34,286 nucleotides of DNA from the NCBI GenBank assembly GCA_000934665.2, contig KZ539093.1, forward strand, positions 1-34,286, in the 5' to 3' direction. The stretch comes from Catajapyx aquilonaris. Lineage: Eukaryota. The notes beneath the pieces were generated by a model that worked only from the letters and a program-made list of their open reading frames with translations, was not told the origin of the DNA and made no database searches. Position numbers and translations under genes: made by a program. Shown one piece after another: positions 21,945 to 32,329 of this stretch. Numbering within the stretch: position 1 is the stretch's first letter; each line of letters begins with the position of its first letter.

Positions 21945-22247
21945 TAGGGCCAAGATAACTCATGCGTTTGGGGAGGTGGCTTGCGACATTGGCAACCATA
22001 ATCAGCCCCGCCCCTATACCTGTCGACTAATCAGGATTCGATTTCAAAGGACATGGGCGTTATGTTCTAAAACCTCAAGAATGAGATGAGTTTGTTTACA
22101 CTTACGCAATTGGTAACCAAGCAGGGGGAAAATATTTCCCCACCAATCGTTCTCAATTCCATACAAAAAACTCAGCAGGTGGCGGGGTTAATTAGGGTTG
22201 CCAAGGACAAGAGCCGCGCTCAAAACGCATGAGTTATCTTGCCCCTG
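21945..22247. mobile_element. hAT-like MITE
   Basis: Termini are TAGGGCCAAGATAACTCATGCGTTT and AAACGCATGAGTTATCTTGCCCCTG. Inverted similarity continues to TTGGCAACC..AAT.A.CCCCGCC. The TSD is not preserved. Confidence 0.75.
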
Positions 22248-22709
22248 CTATAGTATGATACAAAAGGAAAGCTCAGTTTTTGCCTTGAATTTTGGTTTCC
22301 CAGTTGTGAAAATTCGCATTAGAGTGTTTCTATTTTGCAATAGCTTTCCGTTTGCTAATGCCATAAACCACTAGACAGAAATGACCATTCTTGTGTTATT
22401 ATGTGTTAAAAGGTATGCTGTGCAGGGATCATTGCAGGATTTACATAAATTAAACTTGACCTGAAATATTTGTTGTTTTAGTCGAATACAGATTATGAAA
22501 TAAATTATGGGTGTAAAGCATGTCCTCCCTGCATTTAGTACCGGTATCGGTAGTCGAGAATTTCTGACGCTTCTAAAGAGCATTTTAACTATTGTGATGC
22601 CAAAGTAATATGATAAAATGTCATTCACAGTTAAATCATATTGACCTAGTAGCAACACCTCCCACTAAAATTATTGCGGGTCATTCCTAAATAATATTCT
22701 TGGTAAGTT

Positions 22710-23030
22710 TTTTAAAAATGTACCCCATTATCGGGTCCTGGTCCCTTGTTAGGGGAGTGGGATACCACCATGTTTGGAACCGTACATAATGTGTATGTTA
22801 TTGTTCCAAGGGTATACGGTTCCAGGAGGGGATGTGCAAAGTGCAAGTGCAATGTCGTATATTGGTCATTTTGTGAACTCCCCCGGGTGGATGAGTCTAG
22901 CGGAAATTTCCACCTGAGACTAAGGCAAAGATGGCCCAACTCTGCACGAGATGAAGGGGGGAACCCCGGGCTGGGATCGAACCCGGGACCTTAACATCCG
23001 TGGGCGCGTGCGTTACCACTCCGCCTCCCC
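22710..23030 (-). mobile_element. tRNA-derived SINE, type B head/core with a different tail
   Basis: The minus-strand start is GGGGAGGCGGAGTGGTAAC and the B box is GGTTCGATCCC. A perfect 15-bp TSD TATTCTTGGTAAGTT lies at 22695-22709 and 23031-23045. There is an 8-bp deletion in the A box relative to the 21-kb copy. Confidence 0.9.
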
Positions 23031-23930
23031 TATTCTTGGTAAGTTATGTACTGTATGTTGTGTTCCGAAAAATTCATTAAGACCTTTTTCGAACATCTGC
23101 TCATTTAATATTTAATGTGCGTAACGCTGATTTCTTTTCAATAACTAATGTAGTTACAGTTACCACTCGGGTTTGATGCGTCATTTTCCCTTTACTAACT
23201 AGGCCTAAACAGGAATCCCTCGTACATAATTATACTATATAGGCGTAACAGACTCGACCTACTTCGCTGAATGAAACTGGCTCGTGAGAATAATACCCAA
23301 CAGGGTATACTCTGCATGTTACGCTTCAAATCCATTTCAGAGCTTCCACCTAGGGTATAATAATACGGGTCTGGGAATTTCCTGGCAGCAGGACAGCGCG
23401 GTCTTTCTGGAGTAACCGAAGCTCATTGATTCTCTGACTTCCGCTGATGTCCAGCAGCCCTATCCGGATTTGAGGTCTTTTCATCCGCAGAAGGTGGCCC
23501 TGTTATAACTGGTCTTTCCATGAAGACAGATCCGCTCCAACAGGCTCGCCCTCCTTTCAAAATGGGCTCTTTTCACGTCATATTACGGATAGAGAAGAAA
23601 ATTAATATACTGCATTAGGTTACCTATACAGCCTGATACTGATGGTTTATATGCATTAGTAATGTCTATAAGACAATTGAGATAGGACAGTAACTATTTT
23701 AAAAAATTACTTGATTCTATAGAAGTAAAATTTATCGCAAGTTTTCATTTAGTTTCCGGAATATCGTAACAGAACATTTTATCCATTTTCTGAAATTCTG
23801 AGTCTAATATCAACTTCATGTTAGTCCAGATTGACTTTGCGATGGTATAAGCACACTCACACCTGCAACGTTCTCAGTATGTTAGAGTAATAAGTTTTAC
23901 ATCAGAATTTATATTTTATATAACTTATAT

Positions 23931-25552
23931 GAGGCATTCCACGTCAAGCGGAACACCTTCCGACAAATCCTCGAGGACCTTGATCAAAATTTAGTGACAT
24001 GTACTACTCATCGACCTATGCAAGGAATCCAGATTATTATCCCTCTGCGTTGCGTAACTACAGGGTGTCAAATGTGCCGATTTTCGCACATTTTTGCTAC
24101 GTTCGCTGTCACTTAGATGGCCATATCTCCTAGAAGCTCAGGTGAAATCTAATATTCCATATATGCATTCGAAGGGTTTGACAAAGGCAATGTTTACTTG
24201 ACATTTCCGAAAAATCTGGAGAACGCTTTTTCGATATTGACCGACAATAATAACTTTTTTGGTTTTTTGGTAAGTGTAGTCACCTCATTTGGAGGACCAT
24301 AACTAGGAGAAGGTCCGGTCAAATCTTATATTTGATATGCGTATGCGAAAGGCATTTTTATGCTCCAGGAGATGTTCTTACCCAAAATTGAAAAATACAA
24401 AATTTAAAGTCAAAGATGGCGTCCAAAACTTTGATTTTGAAATTGCTTATTAATGGCCCCGTACGATATATTTTGGATGGCACTTAAAATGATCAGGGTA
24501 ATGTTTAATTGACATTTACGCAAAATCTGGAGAACCCTATTTTGATATTTGATAAAATATCAAAATATTTTAGTTGCAAGACGTGTAGCGTAAGAGTAGT
24601 CACCTCAATTAGCAATCAAATTACTCCAAATATGTTGCGTTAAATATTCATGTTGCACATCATGAGAATGCCTGATTCTAGCACTGCATAGAATATAACA
24701 AATACCGATTTCGCTATTGCCTAACAATAATAATAACAATAATAATAATAATCATCATCATCGTTTATTGCTATTGCCTAATAAAAAGATAATCCGCATA
24801 AAGTTAATACAGGAGCTTGAAAATGGGCGCTTCAGTTAATTTTATGCGACTTATCTTTTTAGTATGTCACTAAAATTGCTATTTATTATTACCAATGTAG
24901 AGCGCTGGAATCTGGAATTCTCACGATCTGTAGCATGAATATTTACCCCAACACATTTGGAGTAATTTCATTCCTAATATTGAGGTGACTACTCTTACGC
25001 TACACGTCTCGCAACTAAAATGTTTTTATATTTATCAAAATCAATAAAGGGTTCTTCAGATTTTGCGGAAATGTCAATTAAACATTACCCTCATCATTTT
25101 AAGTGACATCCAAAAGATATCGTATGGGGCCATTAATAAGCAAAATCACAATCAAAGTTTTGGGCGCCATCTTTGACTTTAAAATTTTGGATTTTTCAAT
25201 TATTTTGGGTAAGACCATCTCCTGGAGCATACAAATACCTTTCGCAAACTCATATCAAATATAAGATTTGACATGAGCTTCTCCGAGTTATGGTCCTCCA
25301 AATGAGGTGACTATATGACGGGAGGCGTTTGTAACTTAAAAAAGTCATTATTGTCGGCAAATATCGAAAAAGGGTTCTCCAGATTTTTCGGAACTGTCAA
25401 GCAAACATTGCCCTTGTCATTTTAAGTGCCATTCAAAAGAAGTGGTAGGGGGCCATTAATAAGCTTTGTCAAAATCAAAGTTTTTGGTGCCATCTGTGAC
25501 TAATTTTTTTGAGTTCTTAAAAATTAACACGACCGTCTCATAGAGCGTAAAA
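23931..25552. mobile_element. Large fold-back (Sola2-like) element with internal subrepeats; right terminus missing
   Basis: The left end is ATAT|GAGGCATTCCACGTCAAG. Inverted arms ~24179-24810 and ~24835-25419 pair up (e.g. TAGTCACCTCATTTGGAGGACCATAACT / AGTTATGGTCCTCCAAATGAGGTGACTA). There is an ~310-bp internal direct subrepeat (24180 versus 24491). Confidence 0.8.
24725..24769 (-). mobile_element. Extremely 5'-truncated non-LTR retroposon tail
   Basis: The minus strand reads AATAAA-C-(GAT)n-(TAT)n. It is flanked by a perfect 12-bp direct repeat GCTATTGCCTAA (24713-24724, 24770-24781) and is absent from the opposite arm of the host palindrome. Confidence 0.7.
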
Positions 25553-25589
25553 TTTACGCTCTATGAGACGGTCGTGTTAATTTTTAAGA
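25515..25589. repeat. Perfect palindrome, 37-bp arms with 1-nt spacer
   Basis: TCTTAAAAATTAACACGACCGTCTCATAGAGCGTAAA-A-TTTACGCTCTATGAGACGGTCGTGTTAATTTTTAAGA. Confidence 0.95.
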
Positions 25590-25599
25590 CCGTTTGAGA

Positions 25600-25765
25600 A
25601 TTGCACTTGCACCTTACACATCCCCTCCTAGTCACCCTGCCCGTGGGCCCGGGTGCTACGTCAAAAAGGTTCCATCAAGACGAAATAAAGGTTCACTCCC
25701 TGCGGTACGATGTAGGGAGGTAAATAGCTTCCATGGGAATGCAAATTGATTTATTGTTATTATTG
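25600..25765 (+). mobile_element. 5'-truncated SINE type B fragment
   Basis: ATTGCACTTGCAC...CACATCCCCTCCTAGTCACCCTGCCCGTGGGCCCGGG matches the core of the 20.7-kb copy. It ends in a TTATTGTTATTATT tail. Confidence 0.7.
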
Positions 25766-25949
25766 TAAGCTAATTGTTGAGGCAGGAATATGCGTGTTGT
25801 GGGAGTTAGGTACATTTTCGGAAGCCGAAACATGCGGCGTTAGATTCCTTGGAAAAAGTAACCCCCGATATGCTAATTTAAGGCGGTGTAAGGGCCTTCC
25901 CCTGGATTTCTATAAGGGACAAACATCCAAACTAACAATGAAGCTTCCT

Positions 25950-25950
<1 letters not shown>

Positions 25951-26014
<64 letters not shown>
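25951..26014. repeat. (AT)n(GA)n compound microsatellite
   Basis: (AT)6 is followed by an uninterrupted GA run at 25963-26014. Confidence 0.97.
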
Positions 26015-26017
<3 letters not shown>

Positions 26018-26114
26018 TACTGCTTTCAGAGAAGACAATAAAACTTTGATGTTGCAAGCAATTCAGCACATTCTTCAGGCTTATCACAAAGAGATTTGGT
26101 GCCTCAATAAAATA

Positions 26115-26389
26115 CAGGGTGTTAATCCTAAGCGTGTCACCAGAAAAGGTGGTGGTAAAGGGCGCAGGTGTGAGCATTTTTGCATAAGGAACTAGGGGTC
26201 GGAAACGCACCCTCACGGAGTCACTCCGCCGCGTGCCGCACGTCTCTTGCACACTGCCTGCCGCAAACTTGAAAGGGGCGTAACTAGGTGAGGGTCCATT
26301 TCCGACCCCTAGTTCCTTATGCAAAAATGCTCACACCTGCGCCCTTTACCACCACCTTTTCTGGTGACACGTTTAGGATTAACACCCTG
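26115..26389. mobile_element. Tc1/mariner-type MITE, young
   Basis: Ends are TA|CAGGGTGTTAATCCTAA and TTAGGATTAACACCCTG|TA, with ~100-bp near-perfect TIRs and a TA TSD. Confidence 0.92.
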
Positions 26390-27267
26390 TATACTGACTA
26401 GAACTATAGACTGCTTAATTATTATTAAGTAGCTCCTTTAAAACCCTTCTAGCATTTATCAAATGTATATCTACTCCAGATATTAGGTTGAATATAACTA
26501 TTTCTTATTGGGTGGGAATCTGTACTCACTTCTGTATCATCTGTACGCACTTGAGGTGAATGGTTTGGCCCATTATACTTTCCTGCATTAATATGAAAAG
26601 GCTGTACCCTGTCGACCTAATCTTTACAGTTAACATTTGATATAGCATCAAAAAGTGGCTGTTTCAAAGCAACTGCTTAAAAAGCCTCTTCGTGCAAAAG
26701 ATCACTGTCACTAGGGGCCAATAAGTTGAAAAGCACAAAATCTTAAGTTCGCACTTCTCAATAAATTTGAGTATAACAGTATAACCGAGTATAACATTGC
26801 AGTGTGACTCGGACAGCAGTTGTGTATAGATGACGGCGCGCCTTCAGACAAGTATACCAATGAGGAGGAGAGAGCCGCTATTCATTTCTCTGTACATCGA
26901 AGGGAGAAAACCCAGCATGGATGAAATTTATGAATGCGGGCATGATATGGATCTGCCATGTATCTCACAGTCACGCGAGTGGTGTGAAAAAATTCCAGGA
27001 GGTGGAAATATTTGACGGACGTTCCGCGGTCGGGCCAGTCGAATAGAGCTGTGACAACTAGATTTTTTTCACATAATTCGCAAAAATGCCTGCGAGATAT
27101 ATGCCAGATTAATAATTGCGCCTGCATTTGTCGATACATTTTGATGGGATTGGTCCCTTCTATGCATACAAACGAATAACAATTCTGTTTCTCTATCGTG
27201 CACGTCTGTAGGGGAGCCGACGCACTCCTTGAAGTTAGTTATGAACTTATGAGTTCCGGTACCATAT

Positions 27268-27612
27268 TTAATTTGAATTTGAATTTTTTACCCCGTGATA
27301 GAGGACAGAGTTCTTTGGGGGGGGGGAGGGGGGCAATCGATTTTCTTATATATTTTTTCTTCTAACTCCGTACAAGGGAGAAAGGACATGAGGTAAGAAT
27401 GGGAATTTTTGGGGGAGCAGACACAGGTGCAGGTGCAATATTTGTAAATGGGTCATGTGCAGTCTCCCTGGAGTCTAGGTTGCCAGACGCCTCCAAGGCG
27501 CGGGTCAGAGACCTTCCTGACGCAGGCGAAAGGGAGCTCCCGAGTGGGGATCGAACCCGGGACCTTTCACTCAGCCAGCGAGTCGTTACCAACTCGACCA
27601 CCACGCCTCCCC
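27268..27612 (-). mobile_element. tRNA-derived SINE, type A, full length
   Basis: The minus strand reads GGGGAGGCGTGGTGGTCGAGTTGGTAAC...GGTTCGATCCC and has an (AAATTC)n tail. A direct repeat AGTTCCGGTACCATAT lies at 27252-27267 and 27616-27631. Confidence 0.9.
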
Positions 27613-27976
27613 TAAAGTTCCGGTACCATATAGTAGCCCTACGTGTGTTACAATAATTATCCGTCACTAACTGCATTCAAAAGGTGAGCTGAAGAAAATT
27701 TTGTTGCATTCTTCAATTTTTCGTTCGATCCAAGAGAGAGGTTTTCTGCAGGAAAAATGATTGCAGCAGGAAGCTCGAGAAGTACTCGATTAGGTTACTG
27801 ATTTTGTAGTGCACTTCAGTCGCAGTAGTCTATTGGTGGAAACCTCATTTCGCATTTCAGACACAAATTTTTGTGATGAAGTACTGTAGCTATTTACACA
27901 ACTTATTTCACAAATAATAATAGTCAATGGCAATAGTCGCTAAATTAACACATCTTCTCGTTCCTGGGCATATTTT

Positions 27977-27978
<2 letters not shown>

Positions 27979-28006
<28 letters not shown>
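27979..28006. repeat. (GA)14 microsatellite
   Basis: Read directly from the sequence. Confidence 0.97.
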
Positions 28007-28009
<3 letters not shown>

Positions 28010-28037
28010 ATTTTGTAAAAGTAATTTGTTACCCTCC

Positions 28038-28080
28038 CTCGCGACCCGAAATATTATGTTCCACAGTTTGGGAAGCCCTG
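28038..28080. mobile_element. Solo terminus of a hAT/Charlie-like MITE
   Basis: CTCGCGACCC...CCACAGTTTGGGAAGCCCTG has the reverse complement CAGGGCTTCCCAAACTG, which resembles Charlie-type ends. No partner end was seen. Confidence 0.35.
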
Positions 28081-29622
28081 CCCTACATGTGACCAGGTAT
28101 GAGCATGTATAGGACTACTGTTGTACGATATAAATTTTAGATGTGAATTTTTTTCCACATTCAACTCTGACTACTTCAATTCAAAGTAACAAAGTATTGT
28201 GAAGACATGCGCGTATCTGGAGATTTTATCTTAAATCATTATGGTTGTATGAAACTGATTTTGAGTGCACTCTTCAAATAGCGTACCTTAGCAGAAAATT
28301 TTAAAAATGCATTAGTACCAGATGTGCGTTAGAAACAGGCGGCAAAAAGTGACTTGCTAGCTAGAGTATAGAGGTAGTCTTATTGTATACCGTACAGTAT
28401 ATATAGAGTCTAAAGGCGACTTCCTGGTGACGGCGCCATATTTGAGTGGCAGCAGTCATCTGCGAGGCTTTTTCACGCTCTTTTGCTTCCCGGTGATTCT
28501 TTGGTACGGTACCTTCCCCCCGCCTTTCCCTATTCACTCCGAGGCGCCCAATTTTCCACACTTTCCAACAAAAAAATGGGGGAGGGGGAATTGGTTGATG
28601 CATGCTGAGTGCACCTCACTCTCTTTTTCCCCCGGCAAAAATTCATATAACGAGGAAATGTGCGGGAAAATGGTTCGCCGTTCCTGTTGGCCCGGAAGAC
28701 GTCCCATTGTTGCCCCAAAATGTGGATTTGCGCAGATAAAATTCCCTGCACCCCGTTCAAGTGTGATCGCGTTTAAGCAAATTCAGGGGAATTTTTCCGG
28801 GTGTGAAATGCTCTGCTTTTTTAATATAATTTAAGGGTAGACTTATGAGGTGAGTCTACCTGGCAGGCCTCCAGTGATATTTGAGGTGATTAACTGAGGG
28901 GAAAATCTGGCGTGTAACTTGCAGAGAAATCTAACAAAATCCAGAGGATCTATGCCGAAACATGCATACATTTTTTTGCAAAGATGTCATGGTGCTATAT
29001 GCACTGCAGGTAATGTGGACCAAAAAAATATGAATCATCTGAGGCAAAGCACAAATATTCAGCTCCTTTTAAAGGCCTACTCTGGCCTTTGTGCACATGT
29101 AGTAAACGTAATTGGGCTATATACTGTATGATACTACAATTTCTTGCACTTCCAAAAGAAAACAAAAATAAGTAAATAAATAAAACAAATTCCATAGCCT
29201 AGGATTCGTGACAGTTGCCCATAGAGGATAATGTATCAAATGGCCAGGAAATTGAGTCGGTGGCCCGGAGAAGTCTCCAGTTATGACGTCACCAGAGTGA
29301 ATGATGGTGAGTCTCAGGGGAATTTTTGGATTAAATGAGTTTACAAAATAGTCAAAAACTTGTTGATTTTCCTTTGTCAGAGTGTCTGTTACTCTCAGAT
29401 GAGATGGCACACCAGCTGCAGCTATAGCCTATACGCGACGAGTATATATTTAGTTCTGAATAATGTGTGTTATGCTATGAGGTTACCTTAGTGGCGTCAC
29501 ATGTAAGCCTTACCGCGGTCACTCATACGTAAGTAAAAATATGCTGCAAATTGTGTAGACTGCTACATTTATCTAGGAGTTTAAACTTCAAGTGCATGAC
29601 ATCGCCTTGGCCTACCCAAGTC

Positions 29623-29836
29623 GAAATGCGAAATCTGAAATGGAAAAGTGGAAATCGAGTCTCGCGCTGTGTGACTGGCCTTGAGAGGAAAACCCCTGAC
29701 TTGGGCTTCGTCGGTCGCGTCTAAATCCTCGCAGCCTTTGCGCGACGTCAACGTAGCCTACATCTTAATGCGGGCTGACAACGACACTACCACTCCCTCA
29801 GTATAAGAACCCCTTCGACGAGATTGCGTGTCAGAT
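29623..29836 (+). promoter_or_regulatory. Candidate Pol II promoter (GAAA repeats, kB site, CRE-like site, TATA-like box, Inr)
   Basis: Five GAAA cores lie at 29623-29654, GGAAAACCCC at 29687-29696 and GACGTCA at 29744-29750. TATAAGAA is at 29802 and GTCAGA has its A at 29833 (-31 spacing). This is motif evidence only. Confidence 0.3.
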
Positions 29837-31750
29837 GACGAGCACTGAAGCTGCTCCAAATCTAAGAGTCTTCGACGGCCACTTATCAGATTGAACATGC
29901 TATCGGCAACAATGTCATTTCCAGCTCTGGTGGGCTAGGACAGACACATTGTAGATTTTATATCCAGCGCGACTATCACTCGGGATGGGTGGGGAGAGAG
30001 GGAGGGATGGCGTGGTTTCCAAACCGGAGCCGAAGCAGTTACGTGCCCAGTGGCGATAGGGTTTATTAATGTCTGCGTCCGTCAGGAAAAACCATCGATC
30101 ATGAGTGCGTGAAATAATTAGCTTCCATTGGAGGTAAATCGTCGAAATTATTCAGTTATCGTCAAATCTGTTGCGTAGTTAATCGTTATGTATAAATTGG
30201 TGAACTGCCACGCATCCTGGATGGTAAACATAATGAATATGAGGCACGTCGGACTATGTTTGCTGACTCTGACTCGTGCCTCCATATCCTGCTGCAGGCC
30301 TGATTTTTGCCATTCAACGAATTTTTTTGAAGCATATAGAGTACAGCGTACATTGCTGATTAAATCTGCTCCTTTTCACTGATCAAGCGTGCCATCAGTT
30401 TACAAATGGCCCAGATAGATTCCCATATTTGGTACTTATTATAATTTATAGAGGGTGTTTCGCACAAGAATTTGAGTTCAGAAAACGTCTGTTTGAAGTA
30501 TATTATTTTCGAGTTTAGTACGGCTCAAACCGCGAGAAAGCAACATTAGTCAATCACACTCGGGAAATTCTGTATTAATAAAAAATAGTTAAGTCTTTCT
30601 AAAACGGCATGATCCATAACAGTCTTCAGAGCTGTGTAAAGATATTAGTATTGCAGCAGTGTAACATATTGGCCAGAGGGTTAGATTGATCCATCGCAGA
30701 AGCAGGCCATGCATTGATTATGACCGCGTAGGATTGTATCTTTCACAAAATTACTTTGCTTATTTGAAGCTAATCTGGAGGTAAATGGCAAATCTCATGT
30801 GATTCTACACGCCGCAAAAAAATTTGAATGCGATCTCTTTCGTGATATCTGTGTGCGGGTATTAGCATGCCAGTTTAAGCTCCATAATGCATGGGTGGGG
30901 GGGGTATGGGTGGGGGGGTCTTACTCTGGAAAATTGGCGTCGTCCTAGATAAGAGACAGCTGCTGAACGCGAAATTATTACTAGCTGTTTCCCGGAAGTG
31001 GAGGCTAATCAGCAAAACCGCGAATATGACGGCCCACACGCTTATCCCCTCCTCCTCTCGTCCTAATTTTCCGGGCATCCAATTTTCAGGATTGCCAGGA
31101 AATTGCGTGTTATTCCTGACGGTACTTAATTCCGAATCCATGGCATCCGATATTCTCAGTCTTCGTTCCGGACTCAAAATGCTCCTATTCGCACAGTCTT
31201 GTCTATATACCCAGGCGACCACACATAGGGATTCATATATTATCTGCTCTCCATACTATACCTTATTGCAACAAATCTCTTCCTAATTGTATGGCTCCCA
31301 AATCATTATATGCTATGCCCATCACAAATAGAGCTGTCACTGCAAATATACAGCACAAATATTTGGAAATTGACCAGGGGTTGGTGTGGACACTATCGCA
31401 GAAATGCAAACAAAAGCTGTGAGGGTATATGTTATTGAATGGTTGTTAACAAAATGCGTGTCATGAAAGGCATAATATTCTCTGTAGAGGATTCTGTAAT
31501 TATTGTGTTTTGCCTGAGTTTATCCATATAATGAAGTCAGTAATTTTCTGAAGATCTAATGCAGGTAATGAGTGTAAAATGTTCCGTATCTCACTCAACT
31601 TACTTAAAACATAAAGCGCTTGCACATCATTGTATAAAAAGGTGCGCAACTTTTGTCTGCATGGCAAAGGTTCCTCGCGATGTTTCGAGGCGAAATTTCT
31701 CTAGCTGATTAGTCGAAACACACTGCATTACGGAACTATTTCATTTTATA

Positions 31751-32329
31751 CAGGGTGTTTCAGAGTCAGGGGTCAAGCGCGCGCGAGGGGGCGGGGAAAA
31801 ATCGAAGGTGGCGACAACCCAGGTCGGTTTTATAAAACAATTAGAAATCCGGCAGTAATCAATTTATTTATTACGGCCGTACGGCGTGACGTCACATCCT
31901 TTCTGTATTCAAATTGACCGGCGCGGACTGGCAGATTCAGTGGGTTGAACCTGGTTGACGGGTTTTTAGCCTTGCGGGTTGCACTGAAAAAGGCGCTGTC
32001 ATGCTACACTGGCAGGGTACTGTACAACCTAGTGTACTACTGTACAGTGGTGTGTTCAGTACCCTTCCGGTGTAGCATGAGAGCGCCTTTTTCAGTGCAA
32101 CCCGCAAGGCTAAAAACCCGTTCAACGAGGTTCAAACCACTGAATCTGCCAGTCCGCGCCGGTCAATTCGAATACAGACAGGATGTGACGTCACGCCGTA
32201 AGGCCGTAATAAATAAATTGATTACTGCCGGATTTCTAATTATTTTATAAAACCTACCGGGGTTGTCGCCACCTACGATTTTTTTCCACCCCCTCGCGCG
32301 CGCTTGACCCGTGACTCTGAAACACCCTG
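31751..32329. mobile_element. Tc1/mariner-type almost fully palindromic MITE
   Basis: Ends are TA|CAGGGTGTTTCAGAGTCA and TGACTCTGAAACACCCTG|TA, with ~270-bp arms and an ~35-bp spacer. The ORF track shows the same peptide on both strands (GFLALRVALKKALSCYTGRVL). Confidence 0.93.

Noticed and set aside
32012..32065. GCAGGGTACTG / CAGTACCCT matching the termini of the 388-790 MITE
   Set aside because: The match is only 9-11 bp and faces outward, so it is probably coincidental.
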